Shown in pieces: positions 20,117 through 30,680 of a stretch of DNA of 64,000 bases. The notes under the pieces were generated by a model. It saw only the letters and a list, made by a program, of their open reading frames with translations, had not been told where the DNA came from and did not search any database. This stretch comes from an uncultured Candidatus Saccharibacteria bacterium (GTDB taxonomy: Bacteria; Patescibacteriota; Minisyncoccia; Phycocordibacterales; JAACPR01). The stretch is from the NCBI GenBank assembly GCA_964538855.1, contig CAZIEY010000002.1, positions 153,007-217,006 on the forward strand, read 5' to 3'. Every line of letters starts with the position of its first letter. Within the stretch, counting starts at the first letter, position 1. The translations under genes and the position numbers were made by a program.

Positions 20117-20277
20117 CCGTATTACTCGTACGCAGTTTTAAGGTGACTTGTTTACAAGGCCTTAAAAACAAAAACTCAAAGGTTCTAAACCATTTGAGCA
20201 TGAGTATATGATAGCACAGATACCCCCTTGATGTCAATAGTAAAATGTGGGCTAATATGATAGTTATTCCGGCCTAT

Positions 20278-20658
20278 TTAGGGCTTTTTGCAATTTTTTG
20301 CAAGCGAAAGTCCGGACATTTCGGCATCTTCGACAGAGTCAAAATACATGCGATTTTCTGGCTTTATACGGCTCAAACCAGAGCAATTGGAGTAATAATA
20401 GACGGAACCAGTGACACTAGCCCCTATTTTGCCTGCCATATCCCCTTTTTCAGGGTCTAGAATGTCGAATTTTGGGCTGAAGACCCGCTTTTCGATACTT
20501 GGCGCAACCGCCGAAATAGTTGTTTTGTGGGCGTAAAATACCCCAAATCCAAGGCTTATCGAAAGAGCGAAAATCAGGGCTAAATAGATGGTTTTGACAA
20601 AGGAAGGATCAAACTTGATAAGGGGCTTGATTTTTTCCTTGATTTGTGCGAAACTCAT
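20278..20658 (-). CDS. Hypothetical membrane-anchored protein with C-terminal YYYSNC...FDSVEDAEMSGLSLAKNC module
   Basis: N-terminal TM helix; small Cys-containing C-terminal domain. Confidence 0.45.
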   Translation of the reverse strand: MSFAQIKEKIKPLIKFDPSFVKTIYLALIFALSISLGFGVFYAHKTTISAVAPSIEKRVFSPKFDILDPEKGDMAGKIGASVTGSVYYYSNCSGLSRIKPENRMYFDSVEDAEMSGLSLAKNCKKP

Positions 20659-20688
20659 GTGTATCTAATTTATTAATATTGAAAACAA

Positions 20689-20961
20689 ATGTCAACCGTT
20701 AAATCTGGAGGAACAGCTAAAAACCTGACCGACTCAAAGCCAAAGTATCTTGGTACTAAATTGCACGATGGAGAAACAGCTCAAATCGGTTCTATTATCG
20801 TTCGACAACGCGGTACACGAATTTTGCCTGGCGCAAACGTAGGTATGGGTAAAGACCACACATTATTTGCCCTCAAAGACGGTGTTGTAAAATTCACTCC
20901 TACTCGAAAGACAAATTTCGATGGACGAACAAAGAAAACAATTAAGGTCTCAGTAAACTAA
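20689..20961 (+). CDS. rpmA: 50S ribosomal protein L27
   Basis: [28 protein letters not shown] matches L27 core; 90 aa. Confidence 0.9.
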   Translation: MSTVKSGGTAKNLTDSKPKYLGTKLHDGETAQIGSIIVRQRGTRILPGANVGMGKDHTLFALKDGVVKFTPTRKTNFDGRTKKTIKVSVN

Positions 20962-20967
20962 ACATAA

Positions 20968-21000
20968 AGAAAAACCGGTCTATGTGGACCGGTTTTTCTT
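20968..21000 (+). terminator. Rho-independent terminator aaaaaccggtc-N6-gaccggttttt after rpmA
   Basis: Stem and T-run read directly. Confidence 0.5.
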
Positions 21001-21012
21001 TATATAAAAAAG

Positions 21013-21038
21013 CATTGGCCAGTGGAAGCTGGCCAATG
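21013..21038 (-). terminator. Hairpin cattggccag-N6-ctggccaatg with T-run on minus strand
   Basis: Perfect 10-bp stem; downstream of small minus-strand ORF. Confidence 0.45.
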
Positions 21039-21059
21039 TAGAGGGTAATACACCAGTGA

Positions 21060-21203
21060 TCAGGTCTCGAGTCCGGCTCTCACTTCCCGGATTATTCGAC
21101 CGGTGTGGGGCAACCACACCAAAATGAATGCCACCAGTATAATCACCACAATTAAAACTTCCACCCAGTTCTCTAACTCAATCTTCTCTTCTGTCTGCTT
21201 CAT
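21060..21203 (-). CDS. Small membrane protein (47 aa; below ORF-track cutoff)
   Basis: MKQTEEKIELENWVEVLIVVIILVAFILVWLPHTGRIIREVRAGLET; strong RBS GGAGGA 5 nt upstream of ATG; own terminator. Confidence 0.4.
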   Translation of the reverse strand: MKQTEEKIELENWVEVLIVVIILVAFILVWLPHTGRIIREVRAGLET

Positions 21204-21314
21204 GGATTCCTCCTTGATTTGGCATTCTGTACCAAATCTTTATAAAAAGACTAAACTTTTTTAAAGATTTGTCAATATAATATATTCTTCATCAGACAGA
21301 TATGCATACACATC

Positions 21315-21758
21315 TTACTTCCCCACCACCTCCAAATTCACCTTCACGCTCTTTTTATTGAAAGTAATTTCAACAGGATGCGCACCAGTTGACTTGATGT
21401 GAGAATCGTAATTCACCCAGTCCTTATCAATAGAGACTTTTAATTGTGAGGCAATTACAGACACAATATCGATAAGGGGAATTGCCGCGAACAAGTGACC
21501 TTTGTCATTCGCCTTTTCAGAAATAGTAACAGTCGCACCTTTGATGCTTTCGAGCATCTGATGAATCGCGTTATTTTTTTGTTCGGTCGCCTGCGCAATT
21601 TTACCTTTTTGAGCTTCCACATTTTTGAGTTCGCCAGGTGTCAAAATTTTTGCCATGCCTTTCGGGATGAGCATATTTCGAACATATCCTTCTGACAAAT
21701 CTTTTACATCACCTCGTTGTCCAACGCGCGCTACGTTTTTGAGCAATAATACTTTCAT
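21315..21758 (-). CDS. rplI: 50S ribosomal protein L9
   Basis: MKVLLLKNVARVGQRGDVKDLSEGYVRNMLIPKGMA N-terminal L9 signature. Confidence 0.85.
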   Translation of the reverse strand: MKVLLLKNVARVGQRGDVKDLSEGYVRNMLIPKGMAKILTPGELKNVEAQKGKIAQATEQKNNAIHQMLESIKGATVTISEKANDKGHLFAAIPLIDIVSVIASQLKVSIDKDWVNYDSHIKSTGAHPVEITFNKKSVKVNLEVVGK

Positions 21759-21780
21759 ATGTGTGAGGGTTAATCTACTG

Positions 21781-22992
21781 TTACATTCCCTTCAAAATCT
21801 TGAGGGCTTCATCGAATTGATAATCCATTAATTTCGTGTCTTTCGGCGCTGTTTCAGGTACCTTTTCTATCAAATAATCAGGAGTAAGTCCACCATCTGA
21901 AATAGATTTTCCAGTTGGAGTTAACCATCGTGCAATCGTCACCTTGAGAGAGGTTTCTGGGCTAATTTCGACTAATTCTTGCACAGATCCTTTGCCGAAT
22001 GTTTTTGTTCCTACTAATTTTGCAATACCGTGTTCCTGTAGTGCACCTGCCAAAATTTCAGAGGCCGAAGCCGACCCTTTGTTCACAAGCACAACCATTT
22101 TCAAATTATTGTTGAAAATATTTTGCCCATCGCTGCGGAAGTCTTTTTTACTGTCGCCGAAATCTTCGGAAACAATCACTTTGCCTGTTGGCACAAACCA
22201 ACTTGCCATATCAACAGCAGCGTCCAAATATCCACCAGGGTTACCACGCAAATCGAGAATCAGACGGCTTTTTTTAGAAAGTACAAATTCACGCAGAGCT
22301 TTGCGAAATTCACTGCTTGATTGAGAACCAAAACTATAGAGCGAGATAACAAAAACCCCGTCTGAACGCAATTCCGTTTTAATATTCGGAATGACAATCT
22401 TTTCGCGAGTGATCTTAACTTCACGTTCTTCTTTTTCACCTTCACGGAAAATAGTGAGAGTTACCACGGTACCAAGCGGGCCGCGAATCTTGCTCACACC
22501 TTGTTCAATGGTCATACCTTCGGTAGAAACTCCGTCAATTTTAAGAACATGATCCCCAGTCATCATGCCAGCACGTTCTGCCGGAGAATCTTTGAGAGGA
22601 GCGACCACAACAAAGAAGTCGTCTTCGATTCCGACTTCCATACCAATTCCTTCAAAATTACCCTCGAGACTTTCTTCGAAATCTTTTTTCTCTTTTGGTG
22701 GGAAAAATGTAGTGTGAGGATCACCAAGTGAATCCACGAGACCTGAAATGGCACCCCAGACTTTTTCCTGATTTGAAACTGCGGTTGTGCTCGACGCTGC
22801 AATGAATTTTTCATCCAATAGCTGCCACACTTTCCAAAAATCACTGAGATCTGCATTTTCAACTTTGTCCAAATTCGCCGAGAATGCAAAATTATTATTG
22901 CTATTCCCTACAAAATATCCGCAAAAGAAAATCAGCCCAATCAGAATAAGACTCACTCCGGCAAAAGACAGGTTTTTGGTAAATGTTTTCAT
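21781..22992 (-). CDS. Carboxyl-terminal processing protease (S41, CtpA/Prc-like) with PDZ domain
   Basis: N-terminal TM; PDZ segment; LVNKGSASASEILAGALQE...TFGKGSVQ S41 catalytic region. Confidence 0.85.
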   Translation of the reverse strand: MKTFTKNLSFAGVSLILIGLIFFCGYFVGNSNNNFAFSANLDKVENADLSDFWKVWQLLDEKFIAASSTTAVSNQEKVWGAISGLVDSLGDPHTTFFPPKEKKDFEESLEGNFEGIGMEVGIEDDFFVVVAPLKDSPAERAGMMTGDHVLKIDGVSTEGMTIEQGVSKIRGPLGTVVTLTIFREGEKEEREVKITREKIVIPNIKTELRSDGVFVISLYSFGSQSSSEFRKALREFVLSKKSRLILDLRGNPGGYLDAAVDMASWFVPTGKVIVSEDFGDSKKDFRSDGQNIFNNNLKMVVLVNKGSASASEILAGALQEHGIAKLVGTKTFGKGSVQELVEISPETSLKVTIARWLTPTGKSISDGGLTPDYLIEKVPETAPKDTKLMDYQFDEALKILKGM

Positions 22993-23037
22993 ACGAGAAT
23001 AAGTATATCAAAAAAATAAAAAGCATGTGGTATACTT

Positions 23038-23967
23038 TTGTGGATGATCTCTACCTATAAACATGGGAATATTGTGTGGACCGACTTGGAAAATCCGAGC
23101 GCCGAAGAAATTCGCAAAATTTCTGAAAAATATGCATTCGACCCTCTCGTGGCGAATGATTTACTCACACCAACGATGCGTCCACACGTTGATTTGCACG
23201 GTGATCACATCTATTTGATACTTCACTTCCCCATTGTCGATTCTCATATAAGTTCCGACCATCGCACTCGCATGCACGAAGTCGATTTTGTGATCGGCCG
23301 AAATTACATTATTACAAATCGTTATTCAAACCTCGACTCATTTTTTGAATTTTCAAAGATTTTTGAAGTTGATTCAGTACTCGACAAATCGCAGATGTCC
23401 GAACACGCAGGTTTTGTGTTTTTCTACTTGATCAAGCATCTTTACCACGATCTCTTCAATCGCCTCGAAAATTTACGTGGAAAATTACACGATTTCGAAG
23501 AAAAGATTTTCGACGGACGTGAACGTGAAATGGTCTTCAAATTATCTGAAATTAATCGTCAATTAATCAATTTCAAATCCGCCCTATCGATGCACGAAGA
23601 TGTATTAAAATCTTTTGTCGTTGTTGGCGAAAACTTTTTTGGCGTAGAATTTAAACACTATCTAAAGAGCATCCTCGGTGAATATTTGAAAGTACAAGGC
23701 GAACTTCGTAACGTCAAAGAATATTTAAACGAACTACGCGAAACAAACGACTCTCTTTTGACCACAAAACAAAATGAAATTATGAAGAATTTGACCGTTA
23801 TTTCGTTTATCGTGCTTCCGTTGTCGCTTGTGACAGCGCTTTTCCAGATGAACGCAAAAACCACCCCTATCATCGGCAGTGAATATGACTTCCTCAAAAT
23901 TATTGGTATTATGTGTATAACGCTCATCGCTGCGTTCAGTTTTTTGAAGTACAAGAGATGGTTTTAG
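23038..23967 (+). CDS. CorA-family divalent cation transporter (putative)
   Basis: ~310 aa soluble N-domain plus two C-terminal TM helices with FQMN (GMN-like) motif at the first TM. Confidence 0.55.
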   Translation: MWMISTYKHGNIVWTDLENPSAEEIRKISEKYAFDPLVANDLLTPTMRPHVDLHGDHIYLILHFPIVDSHISSDHRTRMHEVDFVIGRNYIITNRYSNLDSFFEFSKIFEVDSVLDKSQMSEHAGFVFFYLIKHLYHDLFNRLENLRGKLHDFEEKIFDGREREMVFKLSEINRQLINFKSALSMHEDVLKSFVVVGENFFGVEFKHYLKSILGEYLKVQGELRNVKEYLNELRETNDSLLTTKQNEIMKNLTVISFIVLPLSLVTALFQMNAKTTPIIGSEYDFLKIIGIMCITLIAAFSFLKYKRWF

Positions 23968-23985
23968 AGGTACGGAATTCTACAC

Positions 23986-25389
23986 ATGAAGATTTTTCTC
24001 ACCAATACATTAGGAGGTAAAAAAGAGGAATTCGTCCCTATTCGCAAGGGTCGAGTCGGTATTTACCATTGCGGACCGACAGTGTATTCCGAACAGCATC
24101 TTGGGAATTTGACCGGATTTATTTATACGGATGTATTGCGACGGCTTTTTGAATACACCAGGAATCGCGTGACAGAAGTCATCAATATTACGGACGTTGG
24201 TCACATCGTTGATGATGCCGATGTTGGCGAAGATAAAATGGAAAAAGCCGCCAAAAAAACTGGGCTCAAGGCAGCCGATATTGCACGAGATATTACTGAA
24301 AAATATCTCTCGGACCTGAAAGCGGTAAATATTCCTATTGAAAGAATTAAATTTCCACGGGCAACCGATCATATTACTGAGCAAATTGAAATTATTAAAA
24401 TTCTTGAAAAAAACCTGCTTACATATCACACATCTGACGGAATCTATTTTGATACGGCGCGTTTTCCTGCGTATGGACGACTCGGAAATATTAACATCGA
24501 GGGTTTGCGCGAAGGAGCTCGTGTTGAATCAACCGGCGAGAAACGTAATCCAACTGATTTCGCCTTGTGGAAATTTTCTACACCGGGCGAAAAACGCCAG
24601 CAAGAATGGCCTTCTCCTTGGGGTGTTGGTTTCCCTGGTTGGCACATTGAATGCTCGGCGATGGCTCGAAAATATTTGGGTGAGACATTCGATATTCACA
24701 TTGGCGGGATCGAACATATTCCAATTCACCATAATAACGAAATCGCTCAATCTGAGGGCGCGTACGGTAAACCTCTTGCAAAATATTGGTTGCACAATAA
24801 TCACCTGCAGTTGAATGGCGCCAAGGTTTCAAAGTCTGATGGTAATGTGATTTATTTGCGGGAATTGCTCGTGAAAAATATTCCAGCGTATGCATTTCGT
24901 TACTGGATTTTGACTGCTCATTACCGAGCCGAGAAAAATTTTACTTGGGAAGCAATCGCTGCGGCACAAAGTGCAGTTGAGAAAATGATTAATTTCATTG
25001 CAAAAACAAAATCTGGTTTTCTATTCAATCCAATTCACAAAGCGACTATGCAAAAGTTTCTCGATGCAGTTGCTGACGACCTCGGCACACCTCGCGCAAT
25101 TGCAGTGCTGTGGGAAATGATGAAGGATGCAACAATTTCCGACACAATAAAACGTGCAACATTAATTAAAGCTGACGAAATTTTAGGTATTGGACTTTTG
25201 ACTGCTTCACGAATACCTAAAGCGAAAAGCGCAGATATTCCTGCTGAAATTATTGCACTTGCCGAAGCCCGCGAAGTTGCTCGAAAAAATAAGGATTTTA
25301 AAAAAGCAGATGAGTTGCGGGGTGAAATTGCAAAGAAAGGATTTGAAGTTTTGGATACTCAAGATGGGTTTAGGATTATAAAAAAGTAA
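23986..25389 (+). CDS. cysS: Cysteinyl-tRNA synthetase
   Basis: HCGPTVYSEQHLGN (HIGH), KVSKSDGN (KMSKS), Zn-binding Cys/His pattern. Confidence 0.9.
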   Translation: MKIFLTNTLGGKKEEFVPIRKGRVGIYHCGPTVYSEQHLGNLTGFIYTDVLRRLFEYTRNRVTEVINITDVGHIVDDADVGEDKMEKAAKKTGLKAADIARDITEKYLSDLKAVNIPIERIKFPRATDHITEQIEIIKILEKNLLTYHTSDGIYFDTARFPAYGRLGNINIEGLREGARVESTGEKRNPTDFALWKFSTPGEKRQQEWPSPWGVGFPGWHIECSAMARKYLGETFDIHIGGIEHIPIHHNNEIAQSEGAYGKPLAKYWLHNNHLQLNGAKVSKSDGNVIYLRELLVKNIPAYAFRYWILTAHYRAEKNFTWEAIAAAQSAVEKMINFIAKTKSGFLFNPIHKATMQKFLDAVADDLGTPRAIAVLWEMMKDATISDTIKRATLIKADEILGIGLLTASRIPKAKSADIPAEIIALAEAREVARKNKDFKKADELRGEIAKKGFEVLDTQDGFRIIKK

Positions 25390-25887
25390 ACCCCCGGCCA
25401 AATTGGTTGGCTGAGGGGTGGGGCTCCTGATTCACAGGAGTATTCCCTTTGGGCATTTCAGACGCGGCTCAGATATTTTTTACAGCTTACCGCGTAAACT
25501 TCTAGTTTATACATCACTCTGTGAGAATAAACCCTCACTTCATGAATTGTCCAGTGTAGCAGGATTAAAAAGAACATTCAGATCGACTTAGTACCATCGT
25601 GAAATACCTGCTCCATCCACGATAGCCACTAAGCTTTTTCTATGACTGCCATCGAACCATTCTTACCCTAAGTGCCTCCAATAAATTGCACATACGGGGT
25701 AAAACCAGTTAACCAGACTAAGTACATAGAGACCTTCAACAAGTAGGATATCATATATAAAAATATTGTCAAGTATTTTACACTTAGTCCTTATTTATCC
25801 CCCTCTTACCCACTTTTTGACCACATTTGCATAAAAACTTTATTTTTTCTTTATGTTATTCTATATGTACTTTGAATAAAACACGAA

Positions 25888-27276
25888 ATGGCTGATAACA
25901 ATAAAAACAACGTCGCAAAACATCTTCTGAAAGTTCCCCCGCACAGCCTCGAGGGTGAAATGGCAGTACTCGGTTCGATTATGTTACGCACCGATTCAAT
26001 GAACGAAATTCTCGACCTTATCAATCCAGATTCATTTTATTCTGGTCGACACAAGATAATTTATGAGACAATTTTGAAACTATTCGCAGATGGAAAACCA
26101 GTCGATTTAATTTCTGTTTCAGAAAAGCTCAAAGATTCAAATAGACTTGATCAGGTTGGTGGGCGTAGTTATTTGGCAGAAATCACGGACGCAGTGCCTT
26201 CTTCGGCAAATATTAAATATTATGCAGACATCGTGCAGACCAAGGCAACACTGCGTGCTTTGATTGAAGCTTCGGAAAAAATCTCGGCGATGGGCTATAA
26301 TGAAATAGACGCAATAGAAAATATCTTAGATGAAGCAGAGAAAAAGATTTTTAACGTAACTAATAAAAATGATGCGCGCACCTTGGTTTCAATCAAAGAA
26401 ACACTTGGCGGGGCCTGGGAACGCATCGATCATTTGCATAAAAACAAGGACGAAATTCGCGGAGTCAAAACCGGCTTTAAAGGGCTTGATAACCTGCTCG
26501 CGGGTTTGCAAAAATCTGACTTGATCATTTTGGCGGCCCGTCCATCAGTCGGTAAAACATCGCTCGCGCTCGACATTGCCCGTCACGTTGGTATTCGAGA
26601 AAAAGTTCCTGTCATCATTTTCTCTCTCGAAATGAGTGCGCAACAATTGATTGACCGTATGCTTGCTGCAGAAGCATCTGTTAATGCCTGGAAATTGCGT
26701 ACAGGTAACCTGACGAATGAAGAAGACTTCGACCGCATTCGCGACACATTAGGTGTACTATCCGAAGCGCCAATTTTCGTGGATGACAAGCCTGGTAACA
26801 ACATCATTTCGATGCGTTCAACGGCACGAAAATTGAAAAGTGAAAAAGGTATTGGTCTAATTGTGGTTGACTATCTCCAACTCATGGTACCAACAAATTC
26901 TCGCAACAACGACAACGTCGTACAACAAGTAACGGAAATTTCACGCTCACTCAAATCGCTCGCTCGCGAATTGGATGTGCCGGTGCTTGCCTTGTCCCAA
27001 TTGTCTCGTGCCGTCGAACAACGTGGAGGTAAACCTCGCCTTTCTGACCTTCGCGATTCTGGTTCTATCGAACAAGACGCCGACGTGGTGGCCTTTATTC
27101 ACCGCGAGGACAAATACAAAGACCAAGCCGAGCGAACCAATATCGCTGAAATTTTGATCGAAAAGCACAGAAATGGTCCGACGGGTTCTGTGCAGCTGTT
27201 CTTCGACGATACCAAATCAACTTTCCGCGATGTTGACAAGAGTGAGTATGGGAATAATAACGTCGATAATTTTTAA
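25888..27276 (+). CDS. dnaB: Replicative DNA helicase DnaB
   Basis: N-terminal DnaB domain, Walker A ARPSVGKT, RecA-like C-domain. Confidence 0.9.
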   Translation: MADNNKNNVAKHLLKVPPHSLEGEMAVLGSIMLRTDSMNEILDLINPDSFYSGRHKIIYETILKLFADGKPVDLISVSEKLKDSNRLDQVGGRSYLAEITDAVPSSANIKYYADIVQTKATLRALIEASEKISAMGYNEIDAIENILDEAEKKIFNVTNKNDARTLVSIKETLGGAWERIDHLHKNKDEIRGVKTGFKGLDNLLAGLQKSDLIILAARPSVGKTSLALDIARHVGIREKVPVIIFSLEMSAQQLIDRMLAAEASVNAWKLRTGNLTNEEDFDRIRDTLGVLSEAPIFVDDKPGNNIISMRSTARKLKSEKGIGLIVVDYLQLMVPTNSRNNDNVVQQVTEISRSLKSLARELDVPVLALSQLSRAVEQRGGKPRLSDLRDSGSIEQDADVVAFIHREDKYKDQAERTNIAEILIEKHRNGPTGSVQLFFDDTKSTFRDVDKSEYGNNNVDNF

Positions 27277-27285
27277 GCCCTCATC

Positions 27286-27894
27286 ATGGACCTCATCAAC
27301 GAATTAGCTGAATATTTTCGTAAATTTCCTGGCATCGGGCCAAAACAAGCTCAGCGTTTTGTGTATCATTTATTGAAGCAGGACACGTATACTTTGCAGA
27401 AAATTTCGGGTGCCATTGCAGGAATAAAGAAAAACGTGCGCACATGTGCCGGCTGTTTCCGATTTTTTATGGTGCGTCAGGACGAGAAAAAATGTTCAAT
27501 TTGTTCGAGTAAAAATCGCTCGCACACGACACTGATGATCGTGGCGAATGATTCTGATGTTGAATCAATGGAACGGTCCGCCGCGTTTGATGGGCAATAT
27601 TTTGTGCTCGGAGGACTAGTGCCTATTTTAAATAAAAATCCAGAAGAAAAAGTGCGCCTCAACGAGTTGCGAAAATTAGTCGAGACTTCTCCTGATTTGC
27701 GCGAAATTATTATCGCAGTCAATGCAAATCCCGAGGGTGAACACACATTGAATATTGTGCGCACCAAAATCGCGGACGTCGCCGAAAAAATCGGTGCAAA
27801 AATCACAACGCTTGGCCGCGGACTTTCAACAGGTGCGGAAATTGAATATACAGATTCGGAGACGATTAAAAATGCGCTGAGGAATAGGTTTTAA
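27286..27894 (+). CDS. recR: Recombination protein RecR
   Basis: HhH FPGIGPKQAQR, C4 zinc finger CAGC...CSIC, Toprim domain. Confidence 0.9.
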   Translation: MDLINELAEYFRKFPGIGPKQAQRFVYHLLKQDTYTLQKISGAIAGIKKNVRTCAGCFRFFMVRQDEKKCSICSSKNRSHTTLMIVANDSDVESMERSAAFDGQYFVLGGLVPILNKNPEEKVRLNELRKLVETSPDLREIIIAVNANPEGEHTLNIVRTKIADVAEKIGAKITTLGRGLSTGAEIEYTDSETIKNALRNRF

Positions 27895-27906
27895 ATACAA
27901 AGTTAT

Positions 27907-28599
27907 ATGCAATACATTAAGAAAGGAGCAGTACCTTCATTAGAATTAAGTGACCTTATTTTAGAAGAAATAGACAATATTATCGAAGAAAAACAATCTG
28001 AATATCGTATACATAAAAACAGTGAGAAGATAACTTTTAGTTCCTTAAAAGAACTAAAAAAATCTCAATATTTTGATACTGATACCACAAAAGTAGAAAT
28101 AGACATAAAAAATAATATTACTTCTGGTATTAGAATCTCTATAGTAATTGAATTGGACTGGTTATCTAACGGTTACTATGAAATTACTTCTTATGATGAG
28201 GGAGCGTTAAAAGAGGTGGAAAGAAAAATTATAACTATTTTTAATAAGTTCAAGAATAGTTATCAACCGATTTTTTATCCATTTAAAAGCTATCCTAATG
28301 CTTTTATTAATACCGTGGTTATATTAGTATCTTTTCTAGCAGCATATTTTATTCAGCCAGTCTTTTTTAAGGAATACAATAAAACAGTTTTAATTTTTCA
28401 AAGTATTTTTTTATGGTTTTATCCTTTTCTGGTAATAAAAAGTTACATTAAGTATGCTTATCCCTATTACCAATTCTTCTCTATCGAGAAAAAACCATTT
28501 AAAAATATAGTGCGTAAAGTAGTAACGTTTGTAATACTATTTGCTTTCACACTTATTAGTGACAATGTTAGAGAATTTATTTTGAAAATAATCAAATAA
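27907..28599 (+). CDS. Hypothetical membrane protein
   Basis: 230 aa, low-GC, several hydrophobic helices in C-terminal half. Confidence 0.4.
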   Translation: MQYIKKGAVPSLELSDLILEEIDNIIEEKQSEYRIHKNSEKITFSSLKELKKSQYFDTDTTKVEIDIKNNITSGIRISIVIELDWLSNGYYEITSYDEGALKEVERKIITIFNKFKNSYQPIFYPFKSYPNAFINTVVILVSFLAAYFIQPVFFKEYNKTVLIFQSIFLWFYPFLVIKSYIKYAYPYYQFFSIEKKPFKNIVRKVVTFVILFAFTLISDNVREFILKIIK

Positions 28600-28626
28600 A
28601 AAACCACCTCAACGGGTGGTTTTTTA
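28598..28626. terminator. Bidirectional terminator aaaaaccacc-N6-ggtggtttttt between convergent genes
   Basis: Read directly. Confidence 0.55.
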
Positions 28627-28627
28627 T

Positions 28628-28984
28628 TTATTTAATCGCTGTAATTTTTACGAGCATTTTTGGTTGCTTGTGACCGTTTTTCTTGAAGTATCGAGATTTT
28701 TGTCGGTACTTGATAACAATGACTTTCTTTTCTTTAAAAGATTCTACGAGGTCGGCTGATACAGTTGCGCCGGCTACAAGTGGCATACCGATAGTTACAT
28801 CAGATGCACTGCCTTTCATCAAAACCTGATCAAATGTAATTTTGTCGTTTTTTACTGCTGAAGCGTCCAATTTTTCAATCGCAAGTGAATCACCAACACG
28901 TACAACGTATTGTTTACCGCCTGTTTTGATAATGGCGAAATCACCTTCATTTGCAACGTTTTTTTCTGTAGTTTTTGTAGCCAT
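28628..28984 (-). CDS. rplU: 50S ribosomal protein L21
   Basis: Start at MATKTT...; FAIIKTGGKQYVVRVGD matches L21 N-terminus. Confidence 0.8.
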   Translation of the reverse strand: MATKTTEKNVANEGDFAIIKTGGKQYVVRVGDSLAIEKLDASAVKNDKITFDQVLMKGSASDVTIGMPLVAGATVSADLVESFKEKKVIVIKYRQKSRYFKKNGHKQPKMLVKITAIK

Positions 28985-29083
28985 ATAATGTATTTTTGTA
29001 AGTTCCCCTATTTTACACGAAAAGTGGAATTTAGCAAGCGTCAAATCAGTGAATTCCCTTACGTACTTTTATATTGATTAATA

Positions 29084-29431
29084 TTAAATTCCAAAATAAA
29101 ACACAGCGAATAATAGCATAGGTACATAATAAAGCATCAAAAGGACAATTGGTGCTAGTGGTAAAAATATACATATTCGATAGATGACTGCCACTTGGCC
29201 ATACTTATTGTTGATATGAAATATAAAAGAACTTATTAAACTAATACAAACCAATATTGGATACGACGTGAGTATTCTCATTAAAACTATCTGATTGAAT
29301 TCGTGAGGTTGTGTCGAGCTATCGAATGCGACCATCGCAGCAAGCATCACGTAAATCGCAAATGGTAATAGTATTAAATAAAATATTCCAAGATACCGCG
29401 CCCATACATTTTGTTTTATCTTTTCCAACAT
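29084..29431 (-). CDS. Hypothetical membrane protein (115 aa)
   Basis: Four hydrophobic segments. Confidence 0.4.
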   Translation of the reverse strand: MLEKIKQNVWARYLGIFYLILLPFAIYVMLAAMVAFDSSTQPHEFNQIVLMRILTSYPILVCISLISSFIFHINNKYGQVAVIYRICIFLPLAPIVLLMLYYVPMLLFAVFYFGI

Positions 29432-29473
29432 ATTATTATTTATAGGCTACTCTAGTAATTAACACTTATTAAA

Positions 29474-30559
29474 TTACTCAACCTCCGGCTTCTCCACCAA
29501 AATCGGCTCAATCCCAATCTGATTTTCAGTAATACGCGCCACGTCTTTATCAATCTTTTTGAGTTCGTGATGAGCCTTGTTGTAATGACCGACCGTCACA
29601 CCGAGCGACTTGCCGAGCGCCGATAAAAATTTCTCGTATGAACCGACATGCGCACCCAATTCCGCCACGCGCTTAATAATATCTTTAGTCTTCTCTTCAA
29701 TTTGAAGCGCCTTCAAACCCTGCAACACCGTCTGTAAATATGCCAAAAATGAGGTCGGTGACACGATAATGACTTTGTATTTTCGCGCAGCAATTTCAAT
29801 CATGTTTTCACCTTCGTCGAGTCCTCTTGTACCAATTTTATTCACGAGCAAATCGTAATAAATCGCTTCGTGCGGAATGAACATAAATGCAAATTCCAAA
29901 GTGTTGCGCGCCGGCTGAATGTATTTTGAAGTTTCTTTGATGCGCTCCTTGAGGTCGTTAATAAACATTTTTTCGAGCTCTTCGCGGCGGGCTTGATCCT
30001 GTTCTTTGATAAAACGATTGTAATTTTCGAGGCTGAATTTTGAATCAACCGGAATGATTTTCCCTTTCACAAACACAACTGCGTCCACGATTAAATCACT
30101 GCCAGTATTTTCATCCTTGCCCAAATTGTATTGCATCGCGTAACTTTCTGGCGGGAGCACATTTTTCAAAACTGTTTCGAGGAAATATTCACCCAAAACG
30201 CCGCGTTGTTTTGGATTCTTTAAAATGTCTTGAAGCGATTTCAATTGATCCGCGAACCCGACGACTTGTTTATTCGTCTCGTCCAATTTCGTGAGGCGTT
30301 CCGTGATGTCTTTTATGACACGATATGATTCGCCTGCCTGATATTTGAGCGATTCTTGCATTTCCTTGGCGCTCATACCCAATTTTTGATCAACGTTGCG
30401 CCCCATATCGTTCAGTTGCTGAAGGAGAAGCTGCATCGACGACGTCACCGCTGCCGAATTGTCCACCGGTTTATCTTTTCTGGCTTGCCAAAATGCAAAA
30501 ATTAAAAATGCGTTCATAAGGACGATTACGACGGCGAGGATGATGAGTGTGGTTGTCAT
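29474..30559 (-). CDS. rmuC: DNA recombination protein RmuC
   Basis: N-terminal TM, long coiled coil, QRGVLGEYFLE (RGxxGExxL) motif typical of RmuC. Confidence 0.7.
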   Translation of the reverse strand: MTTTLIILAVVIVLMNAFLIFAFWQARKDKPVDNSAAVTSSMQLLLQQLNDMGRNVDQKLGMSAKEMQESLKYQAGESYRVIKDITERLTKLDETNKQVVGFADQLKSLQDILKNPKQRGVLGEYFLETVLKNVLPPESYAMQYNLGKDENTGSDLIVDAVVFVKGKIIPVDSKFSLENYNRFIKEQDQARREELEKMFINDLKERIKETSKYIQPARNTLEFAFMFIPHEAIYYDLLVNKIGTRGLDEGENMIEIAARKYKVIIVSPTSFLAYLQTVLQGLKALQIEEKTKDIIKRVAELGAHVGSYEKFLSALGKSLGVTVGHYNKAHHELKKIDKDVARITENQIGIEPILVEKPEVE

Positions 30560-30680
30560 TTGTTTTTTGATTATATCAAAATTGACGGGGTCTGTCTTTT
30601 GAAGTAGTCTGATAATTAGGAGTTAGGAAAACATCGTGTTTTCCCCTTTCAACATCCCGAGTTCAATCAGGAGACTCACC

